A stretch of 64,000 nucleotides of DNA from an uncultured Candidatus Saccharibacteria bacterium (GTDB taxonomy: Bacteria > Patescibacteriota > Minisyncoccia > Phycocordibacterales > JAKAEA01): assembly GCA_964577595.1 (NCBI GenBank), contig CAZNZK010000002.1, forward strand, positions 150,163 to 214,162. The letters run 5' to 3'. Below are positions 10,090 to 18,948 of this stretch, one piece after another; position 1 is the stretch's first letter, and every line of letters starts with the position of its first letter. The position numbers and the translations under genes were made by a program. The notes below the pieces were generated by a model, which searched no databases, was not told where the DNA came from, and worked only from the letters and a program-made list of their open reading frames with translations.

Positions 10090-12082
10090 TTCCGCCGCTT
10101 CTATGAAAAGTCATTTCAAAAATCATCCTAATCCTCAAGCTGGCCAGGCCATCCTCACCGCTATTATTTTCTTTTTGGCTATCAGCTTAACTATTGTTCT
10201 TGGTATTGCCACGCCGGTTATGCAGGCGGTAAAAATAGGTAACGATCTCATTCATTCAAAAGCCAGCTACTTTTCTGCCGAGGGCGCGTTGGAGGATGCT
10301 GTCTACCGCGTTAAGGCAGGAAACACCGTTAACAATGGCGACACGATAGTAGTTAATGGCTACACCACAACTATTGCTGTCACTTCCACGCTTAATGGCC
10401 AAAACCTTGAAGCCAGTTCAAATTACGGCGGGCTGTATCGCAATATGCAAGCCTCCCTTTCTACGGGCGCAGGCCTCTCTTTCAATTACGGCATGCAAAC
10501 GGGCGCTGGCGGTTTCTTCATTACTGGTGGTTCCACGGTCAATGGCAGTGTCTATTCCAACGGTCCAATCGTTGCCAACGGCGGGTCAAGAATAACTGGC
10601 GCGGCCATTTCCGCGGACAGCGCCTCGCTAGCTTCTGATCAGTCCAATACTTCGCCAACGCCCATCACCACGTGCACGAGCTCTACGTGTATCACCTTCG
10701 GCAATGCTGTGGCTACGCAGGATGTCGCCCAAAGTTTTCAGGTTTCCGCCGACGGGCCACTGCACGATGTGCAATTCTATCTCAAAAAGCAGGGTAGTCC
10801 GTCCAACATAACTGTGCGCATCGTCGCGGACAATGCCGGTGTGCCTTCCGGCACGGACCTCCTTTCGTCCGACGGCACTATTGCCGCTTCTGCCATTTCC
10901 AGTTCGGCCTTCGGCTGGGTGGATGCCACCCTCTCGTCCAATGACGTACTCTATGCCGGCGATACCTACTGGCTCATTTTGGATACCGGCAACAATTCAA
11001 GCAATTATTATTTTGTTGGCGCTAATAGCGGGGGCTATGCCGGTGGCTTGGCAAAAAATGGTCAATTTAAGGGCACTTGGACTGCCACCTCGCCAGCTGG
11101 CCTGGACGCCTACTTCAATTTATTTATGGGTGGTGCGTATGGTGTTGTGTGTGGCGGCACACTTACTACTAGCTGTGCCAGCTCTAATGGCGGAGCATTG
11201 ACTGTTGGCACGGGTAGTAGTGGAGACACGTGGGCACACATCGTCGGCGGGGTAAGTGGCATCGCCGGTACCAACTATTGCCAAGTGGGCGGCACGGGCA
11301 GTCCTTATTATGACGCAAAGGCGTGTACTACCACTAAGGGTGATCCTCCAGCGGTTTCTTTTCCCATTTCAGCCAGCAATATTTCCGACTGGGAGAGTCA
11401 AGCCAGCAACACTAGTGGCGGCTGGACGTATACTGGCGATTTAAATTTGGGTTATCAAGGCACCACCACAAGCACGCTGACGCATATTACCGGCAGTCTA
11501 TCTACAGGCGGTGGTGGTAATGACGTGTTTACTGGCGGCCTGGAGGTGGATGGCAACATGACCATTGGTGGTGGTAGTAGGGTAACCGCGGGCCCACTTC
11601 ACGTTAAGGGTAATTTGGGCGTGCAATCCACCGGCCTCACCATGACGGGCACTATTTGGGTGGAAGGCGTGCTTACTGTGGAAAGCGGCGGCAGTATTGC
11701 TCTCTCGTCACTTTACGGTGCCAATGGTGGCGTTATCGTCACTAACGGCCCTGTTACGCTTGATGGCGGCAGTTCTCTGCTTGGTTCCGGTAACTCATCA
11801 AGTTATGTGCTTTTAGCTACCGACAGCGACTGTCCCATTTCTCCAAGCTGTGGTGGTGACGACGCCGTTCTTATTTCAGGCGGTTCTGGCGCGGTTCTCG
11901 TGTACGCGCCCAACGGCACTATTAATATGGATGGCGGTACCAACGTGGACGCTATGGCCGCCAATGAGATAGACCTTTCTGGTGGTGCTACGCTCAATTA
12001 TAATAGTGGCTTGGTGAACGTTAACTTCAGTAGCGGCCCCACGGGCGGTTGGAATGTTTCCAGTTGGCAGGAAGTGCAATGA
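10082..12082 (+). CDS. Large pilus-associated protein with N-terminal TM helix and Gly/Thr/Ser-rich extracellular region (PilX-like or tip adhesin-like)
   Basis: 666 aa. N-terminal hydrophobic segment AILTAIIFFLAISLTIVLG followed by a low-complexity, beta-rich repeat region. Last gene of the pilin operon. Confidence 0.6.
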   Translation: MVNSAASMKSHFKNHPNPQAGQAILTAIIFFLAISLTIVLGIATPVMQAVKIGNDLIHSKASYFSAEGALEDAVYRVKAGNTVNNGDTIVVNGYTTTIAVTSTLNGQNLEASSNYGGLYRNMQASLSTGAGLSFNYGMQTGAGGFFITGGSTVNGSVYSNGPIVANGGSRITGAAISADSASLASDQSNTSPTPITTCTSSTCITFGNAVATQDVAQSFQVSADGPLHDVQFYLKKQGSPSNITVRIVADNAGVPSGTDLLSSDGTIAASAISSSAFGWVDATLSSNDVLYAGDTYWLILDTGNNSSNYYFVGANSGGYAGGLAKNGQFKGTWTATSPAGLDAYFNLFMGGAYGVVCGGTLTTSCASSNGGALTVGTGSSGDTWAHIVGGVSGIAGTNYCQVGGTGSPYYDAKACTTTKGDPPAVSFPISASNISDWESQASNTSGGWTYTGDLNLGYQGTTTSTLTHITGSLSTGGGGNDVFTGGLEVDGNMTIGGGSRVTAGPLHVKGNLGVQSTGLTMTGTIWVEGVLTVESGGSIALSSLYGANGGVIVTNGPVTLDGGSSLLGSGNSSSYVLLATDSDCPISPSCGGDDAVLISGGSGAVLVYAPNGTINMDGGTNVDAMAANEIDLSGGATLNYNSGLVNVNFSSGPTGGWNVSSWQEVQ

Positions 12083-12166
12083 AGCACCACTTTTGACACT
12101 GTTGTAGTAAAAATCTCACTCACGTTGGAATTTTTTGCCATCGGTTAAATATGATATGCTGAAACA

Positions 12167-12928
12167 ATGGCACAAAAGAAAAAAATCATCATAGGCAACT
12201 GGAAGATGAATCCGGTGAGCGTTACCGAAGCGACGGATATTTTTAAAAAAATTCAGAAGGGCGCGGTAGGCACGAAAGCACAGGTTGTTATTTGTCCACC
12301 CTATATTTATATAGATGCTCTTGCTCGGCACAATAAATCGGACACGGTTCTTTTAGGCGCACAAAATCTCAATGCTGAGCCGGCTGGCGCTCGCACGGGC
12401 GAAATTTCCGGCGATTTACTCAAGCAGTTTGGTCTTAGTTACGTTATTCTTGGGCATTCCGAGCGCCGGGAGCTCGGCGAAACCGACGCGGCTGTTAATA
12501 CCAAAATTCTGGCGGCTCTCGCTTGGAAATTTAAGCCGGTGCTCTGTATTGGTGAAAAAGCTCGCGACGATGACGGTAATTACTTAGGGTTTATTAAGAA
12601 TCAAATAGAACAGGCCCTTTTAGGCGTCAAAAAAGAGCAGTTGGGCCAGTTGGTTATTGCCTATGAGCCAGTGTGGGCCATTGGCGCGGCCACGGCCATG
12701 ACGCCTTCCTCTGTGCACGAAATGGTCCTTTTCATTCGCAAAACCCTCTTTGAACTCTACAAAACTCGTACTATTTCCACACCAATTATTTATGGTGGTT
12801 CCGTTAAGCCCGAAAATGCCGAAGCGATTATGAATGAGGGTGAAGCTGGCGGTTTGCTCATTGGTCGCCAAAGTTTGGATCCGGCGGCATTCAGCGCCAT
12901 TATCACTATCGCTAGTTCTCTTTCTTAA
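12167..12928 (+). CDS. tpiA: Triosephosphate isomerase
   Basis: GNWKMN (Lys), ILGHSERR (His) and AYEPVWAIG (Glu) catalytic motifs. Loop 6 reads AIGAATAMTP instead of the canonical AIGTGKTATP. Confidence 0.88.
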   Translation: MAQKKKIIIGNWKMNPVSVTEATDIFKKIQKGAVGTKAQVVICPPYIYIDALARHNKSDTVLLGAQNLNAEPAGARTGEISGDLLKQFGLSYVILGHSERRELGETDAAVNTKILAALAWKFKPVLCIGEKARDDDGNYLGFIKNQIEQALLGVKKEQLGQLVIAYEPVWAIGAATAMTPSSVHEMVLFIRKTLFELYKTRTISTPIIYGGSVKPENAEAIMNEGEAGGLLIGRQSLDPAAFSAIITIASSLS

Positions 12929-14074
12929 ATGGACGCGTCAATCCATACGCTTAACGATTTGCCCGACGTCAACGGAGTGCCCGTATTAGTGCGTTTAGAT
13001 TTTAACGTGCCTATAGCTGATGGCAGGGTAGTAGACGATTATCGCATTAAAAAATCCCTGCCAACCATTGAACTCCTGCGCGAGCGCGGAGCAAAAGTCA
13101 TTATTTTGAGCCATATTGAGGGCGTGAGCGATACCCTGCGACCTGTTTTTGAATATCTTAAGCGGTTAATGCCTATTGATTTCTGTGCCGACATTCTCGC
13201 CGAGGGCGCAGGCAAAATTGCCACAATGAAAGCTGGTGATATTTTGCTCGCAGAAAATATCCGAAAATATCCGGGGGAAAAGCAAAATGATGCCGTTTTT
13301 ACCGCAGAGCTTGCCGCTCTGGGAAAATTCTATGTGGATGATGCTTTTTCTGTAGCTCATCGCGATCATGCTTCGGTTGTTGGTCTGCCTTCACTATTGC
13401 CCGGCTTCATTGGTATTCAATTTGAAAAAGAAATCGCGGCCCTCTCCTCCTGTTTCTCGCCGGCTCACCCATTCTTGTTTATTTTGGCCGGAGCAAAATT
13501 TGATACGAAATTGCCGTTGGTCCAGAAATTCCTCACTATCGCCGACAATGTTTTTGTTGGAGGTGCTCTTTCCAATGACGTTTACAAGGCTCGGGGTTTG
13601 GCCGTTGGCACGTCGCTCATTTCCAATATGGGTACCGATATCTCCTTTTCCGAAATGGTCGCTAACCCGAAGCTTATAGTGCCGGTAGACATTGTTGTGC
13701 AATCGCCGAATGGGGCTAAAACACTATTACCCAACGCTATTGGCCCCGAAGATGCTGTCATGGATGCCGGGCCGGCTAGCATAGAGCAGTTGCGTGCTTT
13801 AGTTGCCGACGCGAAGCATATCCTCTGGAACGGCACCCTCGGTGCGTATGAAAAAGGTTTTATTGAACCCACAAAAGAATTAGCAAAAATTGTGGCCGCG
13901 GCCACCGTGCGCGGTGCTACCACTATCATTGGCGGGGGAGACACACTCGCCGCTATCGGCAGTGAGGGCCAGGAATCTTCCTTTACCTTCGTTTCCACCG
14001 GCGGCGGCGCGATGCTTGATTATTTGGCCCAAGGAACGTTGCCGGGGTTGGAGGCTTTAAAAAATAATAAATAA
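12929..14074 (+). CDS. pgk: Phosphoglycerate kinase
   Basis: N-terminal RxDFNVP motif and C-terminal GGGA/GGGD nucleotide-binding motifs. Start codon abuts the tpiA stop, suggesting translational coupling. Confidence 0.9.
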   Translation: MDASIHTLNDLPDVNGVPVLVRLDFNVPIADGRVVDDYRIKKSLPTIELLRERGAKVIILSHIEGVSDTLRPVFEYLKRLMPIDFCADILAEGAGKIATMKAGDILLAENIRKYPGEKQNDAVFTAELAALGKFYVDDAFSVAHRDHASVVGLPSLLPGFIGIQFEKEIAALSSCFSPAHPFLFILAGAKFDTKLPLVQKFLTIADNVFVGGALSNDVYKARGLAVGTSLISNMGTDISFSEMVANPKLIVPVDIVVQSPNGAKTLLPNAIGPEDAVMDAGPASIEQLRALVADAKHILWNGTLGAYEKGFIEPTKELAKIVAAATVRGATTIIGGGDTLAAIGSEGQESSFTFVSTGGGAMLDYLAQGTLPGLEALKNNK

Positions 14075-14097
14075 AAAGGGAGGAAATAGTTTCCTCC
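14073..14097. terminator. Hairpin gggagga-N-tcctccc, flanked by an A-run on the plus strand (T-run on the minus strand)
   Basis: Read directly. It could terminate pgk (plus) and the minus-strand ORF 14124-14474. Confidence 0.5.
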
Positions 14098-14123
14098 CTC
14101 AGTTTCGGTTAAACGATCATCAG

Positions 14124-14474
14124 TTAGTGGCGACCCCTCACCCTCTCTAAAAATTTTTGGTGTTCGGCTATTTTTTGTACATAGTCGCTAAAGCATAAGG
14201 GTGTTGTGCGAAGATTAAAACGACCAAATGCCGCTAAATGTTCGCCTCGCGGACCCGAAAGTGGCCCAACCACTACTGGCTCCCACAAAGAAAGCTTGCT
14301 TGCGATTTTCCGATACACAACCGTGGCTTGTTGTAGTATATGGCCCAAGCTTTGGTTCTCCATATCTACAAACACTGTATTTGCCCGTCCGCTTCTTAAG
14401 ATGGCCACGCAAGTATCAGGAGAATCTCCATCGGCAAAATGGAGTACCCGATTTTGTATCTTTTCCATAAACAC
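14124..14474 (-). CDS. Hypothetical protein, 116 aa, no recognisable family
   Basis: Longest ORF in a 350-nt stretch where three overlapping ORFs compete. Flanked on the minus strand by terminator-like hairpins at 14531-14560 upstream and 14073-14097 downstream. No motif recognised. Confidence 0.35.
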   Translation of the reverse strand: MFMEKIQNRVLHFADGDSPDTCVAILRSGRANTVFVDMENQSLGHILQQATVVYRKIASKLSLWEPVVVGPLSGPRGEHLAAFGRFNLRTTPLCFSDYVQKIAEHQKFLERVRGRH

Positions 14475-14530
14475 CTCTCAAAATCTAAAAAATTACGGAA
14501 AACATTTCTGGGGTCAATATATCACGGTTT

Positions 14531-14560
14531 GAAAATAAAAAAACCGCAGCGATCTGCGGT
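14531..14560 (-). terminator. Rho-independent terminator on the minus strand
   Basis: Minus-strand sequence ccgcagc-gatc-gctgcgg followed by tttttttatttt. Confidence 0.7.
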
Positions 14561-14935
14561 AATAGAGAAAGGAGAAATCTCAAACCTTGGTTCTGCCTTG
14601 CACGTGGGGCTTAAGCTTCAGCAGAGATTCCTCCATTCTAGTTTAACGGCCTTCGCAAGCCGAGCCGGGAGACGCTGTCAGGCGGCGTTTCCAAATACCA
14701 TTAGGATGAATTCCAGAGTTGCAGTGATTAGACGCGTTAGGGTCGTGGGAATGTTTTAGCCTGGTTAAGGCATACCATGACCCGCCCTTTACCCGGCGGT
14801 CCTAAGCGGTTTACAGCTACTAGGACCACTGGGGCAGTGCCCCCGGTTTCAACGCTGACTTGACTAATCGTGCCACTGCATTGCCACTTCATCCATTGAG
14901 AAGATAGCATACGTGGAAGTTTTTGACTATTGTAC
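14561..14935 (-). ncRNA. Candidate structured non-coding RNA of unknown class, or a long structured 3' UTR of the HIT gene
   Basis: About 375 nt with no ORF over 60 aa, between the HIT stop and the terminator. It holds an 11-bp long-range stem (ggaggaaucuc / gagauuucucc), a palindromic gcttaagc motif and a GC-rich hairpin (ccgggggcactgcccc). I could not find tmRNA T-arm or RNase P P4 motifs by eye. Confidence 0.3.
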
Positions 14936-14941
14936 TAATAG

Positions 14942-15304
14942 TTACATATTATCTTTTACTTTCTTCGCATTTTCCTCAAAATCTTTTGGTTTGCCAGTAG
15001 CAGTACTGGGGTTTTGAAATATCCAAATGTGCGCGTGAGGCACTTCTTCGCCAACGATTTTGCTTGAAATAGCTTCAGTATTGAAGGCTTTTTGCATGGC
15101 CTTGGCGATTTTGCGGGCGATTTCAAAGTACTCGCCTGCGGCTGGCACATCCCAGACCCAACGATAGTGTTTTTTAGGAATTACTAATGTATGGCCAGCC
15201 GACTCTGGATTAATAGATAAAAAAGCCAAGTAGTTTTCATCCTCATATACCTTATGGGCCGGAATTTCTCCCGCCACGATTTTGCAGAATATGCAATCCT
15301 TCAT
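14942..15304 (-). CDS. HIT-family nucleotide hydrolase
   Basis: HIT histidine triad HAHIWIF and N-terminal CIFCKI motif. Confidence 0.85.
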   Translation of the reverse strand: MKDCIFCKIVAGEIPAHKVYEDENYLAFLSINPESAGHTLVIPKKHYRWVWDVPAAGEYFEIARKIAKAMQKAFNTEAISSKIVGEEVPHAHIWIFQNPSTATGKPKDFEENAKKVKDNM

Positions 15305-15323
15305 GTGTAGTATTATAGCAAGA

Positions 15324-17048
15324 ATGAAAAAGTACGTTTTACGCGAAGCTTTAGTTCCAAATGGCGACCTGCTTCAGCAATTGCTCGCGTATCGCGGGGT
15401 CACGGAAAATGGGGCGCGGGAAGTATTTCTCAACCCTTCCTATGAAGAACATTTGCACGATCCTTTCTTATTGAAAGGCATGAAAGAGGCGGTGGCGCGT
15501 ATTAAATTAGCGATTAAGAACGACGAACACATCGTTATTTATTCCGATTACGATGCTGATGGCATTCCTGCTGCTGTGGTAATGCATGATTTTTTTAAGA
15601 TGATTGGCTATAAGAATTTTCAGGTATACATTCCGCATCGGCACAAGGAAGGGTTTGGTTTGCACGTGTTGGCGATTGATTCATTGCTGGCGACTGGCGC
15701 GGAGCCGAAAGTCCTTATTACGCTTGATTGCGGCATTACTGACGCCGAAGAGGTTGTCCACGCCCGCTCCAAAGGGATTGATGTCATTATTACCGACCAC
15801 CATATGCCGCCGGCCGAGTTGCCGCCAGCTTTTGCGGTAATTGATCCAAAACAGCCAGGGTGCGAATATCCTTTTAAGGAATTGTGTGGGGCGGGTGTGG
15901 CTTTCAAGTTGGTGCAGGGGCTTTTGGCGGGCGGTGACTTTCATACCGCCCCCGGCGCGGAGAAGTGGCTATTGGACATGGTTGGCCTGGCCACGCTTTC
16001 CGACATGGTGCCCTTGGTGGGTGAAAATCGTGTGCTGGCTCGCTACGGCCTAATGGTTCTGCGAAAGTCGCGCCGACCGGGTTTGCGGGCGCTTTTGCGG
16101 ATTTTGAAAATTGATCAGCGCTATATCACCGAGGACGACATTGGTTTTATGATAACGCCTCGCCTCAATGCCGCTTCGCGCATGGGAGAACCTATAGATG
16201 CGTTTACGTTACTTTCTACGAGCGACGTTGCGCAGGCTGACATGTTGGCCGCAAAACTCAATGCTTCCAATGACGAGCGCAAGGGTCTTGTAGGTTCGCT
16301 AGTGAAGGAGATAAATAAAATAATGAGTGAGCGGGCCGAGCATTTTGCCGCGCGACGCGTGATTGTTTTGGGAAACCCCTTGTGGCGGCCGGCTATTTTG
16401 GGTTTGGCTGCCGGAAATTTGGCTGAAGAATATGGCAAGCCGGTGTTTTTGTGGGGGCGGGAAGATGGGCCGACTATTAAAGGTTCGTGCCGTTCTGGTG
16501 GTGTGGCGAATTTGGTTGCTATTATGCAAGCCGCGCACGATGTTTTTGGGGATGTATTTTTAGATTTTGGCGGCCATCACGTTTCCGGCGGTTTCTCGCT
16601 CAATGCCGACACGGTGCATCATTTGGAAGATAGACTTGAAGAAGCACTGGCCAAGGTTGTTGCCGCGGAGCCTGTGGTAGAAGGCGGTGTAGATCGCGAC
16701 ATTGTGCTTTTGGACAGTACGCTCACTCTCGCTGATATTCAATCCAAAACGTATGCCGCCATTGAAAAGCTTTCACCATTTGGCGTTGCCAACACGAAGC
16801 CACTTTTTATTTTTAAGAATGTCGGCATTAAAACGGTGCGGCAATTTGGTAAAACAAAAAATCACCTGGAGCTCATGCTTGTTGGTGAAAATAGCGGGCC
16901 GGTGAAGGCTATTAGTTTTTTTGCCACGCCGGATGACTTTGCTCGCAGGCCGGAAGAAGGTGGCTCGGCTGACATTGTCGCCAATATTGAGAAATCTTTT
17001 TTCGGCTACCGGCCGGAGCTACGTTTACGAATCGTTGATATTGTGTAA
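15324..17048 (+). CDS. recJ: Single-stranded-DNA-specific exonuclease RecJ
   Basis: DHH motifs (DYDADG, DHH) and DHHA1 domain. ATG at 15324 chosen to avoid overlap with the HIT gene. Confidence 0.85.
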   Translation: MKKYVLREALVPNGDLLQQLLAYRGVTENGAREVFLNPSYEEHLHDPFLLKGMKEAVARIKLAIKNDEHIVIYSDYDADGIPAAVVMHDFFKMIGYKNFQVYIPHRHKEGFGLHVLAIDSLLATGAEPKVLITLDCGITDAEEVVHARSKGIDVIITDHHMPPAELPPAFAVIDPKQPGCEYPFKELCGAGVAFKLVQGLLAGGDFHTAPGAEKWLLDMVGLATLSDMVPLVGENRVLARYGLMVLRKSRRPGLRALLRILKIDQRYITEDDIGFMITPRLNAASRMGEPIDAFTLLSTSDVAQADMLAAKLNASNDERKGLVGSLVKEINKIMSERAEHFAARRVIVLGNPLWRPAILGLAAGNLAEEYGKPVFLWGREDGPTIKGSCRSGGVANLVAIMQAAHDVFGDVFLDFGGHHVSGGFSLNADTVHHLEDRLEEALAKVVAAEPVVEGGVDRDIVLLDSTLTLADIQSKTYAAIEKLSPFGVANTKPLFIFKNVGIKTVRQFGKTKNHLELMLVGENSGPVKAISFFATPDDFARRPEEGGSADIVANIEKSFFGYRPELRLRIVDIV

Positions 17049-17060
17049 TTCTATAGACTC

Positions 17061-17831
17061 ATGAAAAAAACTTCTGAAAAGAATTTGGCGGATATTATTA
17101 TTTTTACCGACGGCGCTTCTTCGGGCAATCCGGGGCCGGGCGGATGGGGGAGTATCGTGGCCATGCTCGGTGAAAAAGAAAGCCGTGTGGCCGAGCTGGG
17201 CGGTGGTGAGGCACGCACCACTAATAACAGAATGGAATTGGCGGCGGCTATTGGCGGCCTAGAGCATGTTGCGGCTATGGCTGGCACCGTTATCGTCTAT
17301 ACCGATTCTAAATATGTACGTGACGGTATAGAAAAGTGGGTGCCGGTGTGGCAAAAGCGCGGCTGGAAAACCACCGCCAAAGCCGATGTGCTCAATCGCG
17401 ATTTGTGGGAAAAACTTTTTGAAGTAACAAATGAGCGAAAGGAAAAAATACTATGGCGGCTAGTGGGCGGTCATCGAGACGTGCCCGCCAACGAGCGTTG
17501 TGATGAAATCGCTGTGGCTTTTGCTAAAAACACCAAGCTAAAACTTTTTAGCGGCGCACTCAAAGAATATTCTTTAGACCTTCTGCCTTTTGCCGATATG
17601 GATGCCGTGGAAAAATCGTTGACCGGGCTCGATAAACGGAGCCGCTCGGGTTCAAAAAGTTCCTCGCAAAAAGCCTATTCATATATAAGTATGGTTGGTG
17701 GCAAAATCCTCGTTCATAAAACCTGGCCCGAATGCTTTGCCCGTATCAACGGCGTTTCCGGTGCCCGTTTCAAAAAAGCCCTTTCTGGTGACGATGAAAA
17801 ACGCATCAGCGCTGAATTTAAAAGTCTGTAG
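17061..17831 (+). CDS. rnhA: Ribonuclease HI with C-terminal hybrid-binding (caulimovirus VI / RNase H1 N-terminal-like) domain
   Basis: RNase H catalytic D-E-D-D pattern (FTDGAS ... NNRMEL ... YTDS ... H...D). The C-terminal about 60 aa, YSYISMVGGKILVHKTWPECFARINGVSGARFKKALSGDDE, resembles the HBD. Confidence 0.8.
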   Translation: MKKTSEKNLADIIIFTDGASSGNPGPGGWGSIVAMLGEKESRVAELGGGEARTTNNRMELAAAIGGLEHVAAMAGTVIVYTDSKYVRDGIEKWVPVWQKRGWKTTAKADVLNRDLWEKLFEVTNERKEKILWRLVGGHRDVPANERCDEIAVAFAKNTKLKLFSGALKEYSLDLLPFADMDAVEKSLTGLDKRSRSGSKSSSQKAYSYISMVGGKILVHKTWPECFARINGVSGARFKKALSGDDEKRISAEFKSL

Positions 17832-17842
17832 TAAAAGAAAAA

Positions 17843-17870
17843 TCACCCCGGAAACATTCGGGGTGATGAG
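17843..17870 (+). terminator. Rho-independent terminator after rnhA
   Basis: Hairpin caccccg-gaaacatt-cggggtg. Confidence 0.6.
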
Positions 17871-17939
17871 GGTGCGCGAACAAAGAACGGCAGACTAGAA
17901 GCCAACCATAGCATCAGCTATGCTGCCAGCTTCCACGTT

Positions 17940-18764
17940 GTGTTTCAGGACGGCGCCAGTGCGCAAGTCTTCAGTCGCATATTTAGCCATCTTCTTGATG
18001 TGAGCTGGGGTAAACTGGAAGCGATTACTCCTGCGGTCTTTTTCGTTATTCCAGAGATCAAGCATCTGGGTGAATGCGTGGAGAAGGCCTGGCAACTTCA
18101 GCGGCGCAGGCTCGTGGATTTCAAGGTGGAATTCGGCATCAACTCTATCGGCGAGCTTCTTCTTGCTGACGTTATTGATAACGATTCTTGGCGAATCCTT
18201 GATGACGCCGGCAACTATGATGATAAGCAAGTCTATCGTGATGGCGGCGATCTCAACGAAGTGACCAGGAAGTATCGCTTAGTCTCTGGTTTGGCCGATC
18301 GCTTTGAACTGCCGAAACAGTCGCTCATTTTCTGGCGCGGCTCCGACAAGGACAAGTTGGATTTCTATGACGATCTTCGGGCGTTATATCCCGAAGCTGT
18401 TTTGGAGATGCCAATTATCACTTGCTCGGCACATAAGCAGCCGGCCCAGGCATACCGACTGCTTACTGAAGCTGTGTCGAAGATCCCAGATTCCGTGATC
18501 GTTGTGTTTGTCGCTCTCAGTAATGGCGCTGGGCCAATGCTTTCGGCGAATGTCACGGTTCCGGTCATGACGGTGCCGCTCAACTACCGAGCTTTTCCGG
18601 ACGATGTCTGGTCGTCATTGCGCACGCCTTCAAATGTGCCGGTGATGACGGTTCTGGAGCCGGCCAACGCCGTCCTTGCCGCCTTGCAGATTTTGGCCAT
18701 GCGCAATCCGGCAATCTACGCCACCTTGCGTCTGGAGCAGGAGAAGCGACTCGTCAGTCTCTAG
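17940..18764 (+). CDS. Fusion of a SAICAR synthetase (PurC) C-terminal half with a PurE-like (AIR carboxylase/mutase fold) domain; the N-terminal ATP-binding part of PurC is absent
   Basis: VDFKVEFG...GELLLADVIDNDSWRIL matches the PurC core. RGSDKD, SAHKQP, LSNGAGPMLSANV and VPVMTVPL match PurE motifs. The only in-frame start is a GTG at 17940, right after the rnhA terminator. Confidence 0.6.
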   Translation: MFQDGASAQVFSRIFSHLLDVSWGKLEAITPAVFFVIPEIKHLGECVEKAWQLQRRRLVDFKVEFGINSIGELLLADVIDNDSWRILDDAGNYDDKQVYRDGGDLNEVTRKYRLVSGLADRFELPKQSLIFWRGSDKDKLDFYDDLRALYPEAVLEMPIITCSAHKQPAQAYRLLTEAVSKIPDSVIVVFVALSNGAGPMLSANVTVPVMTVPLNYRAFPDDVWSSLRTPSNVPVMTVLEPANAVLAALQILAMRNPAIYATLRLEQEKRLVSL

Positions 18765-18790
18765 TTTCGTTTATTTCAGTCACCCCACAA

Positions 18791-18826
18791 GCCCCGGAAG
18801 ACTAACAATCTTTCGGGGCTTTTTCA
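18791..18826 (+). terminator. Rho-independent terminator
   Basis: aagccccggaaga...tctttcggggcttttt. Confidence 0.7.
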
Positions 18827-18948
18827 TTGTTTTAGTTTTCTTTAGTACAAACAAAAAGGACAGTTGAATAAAATAGAATAACAAGTTTTCATAAAAGATT
18901 TAAGAAAAATTGATGAGAATTTTAACTGTGGTGCGCTAGAGTTCCCGG

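Noticed and set aside
14545-14935. tmRNA or RNase P RNA assignment for the non-coding stretch
   Set aside because: I could not find a tRNA-like T-arm (GGUUCRAAUCC) plus CCA-proximal acceptor pairing, nor the P4 GGAAAGUCCGG / ACAGAARCCGGCUUA pair, on either strand. It is kept only as an unclassified ncRNA candidate.
17895-18230. 111-aa minus-strand ORF overlapping the start of the PurC/PurE-like gene
   Set aside because: The plus-strand frame carries clear PurC and PurE motifs. The minus ORF has none and would read through the rnhA terminator.
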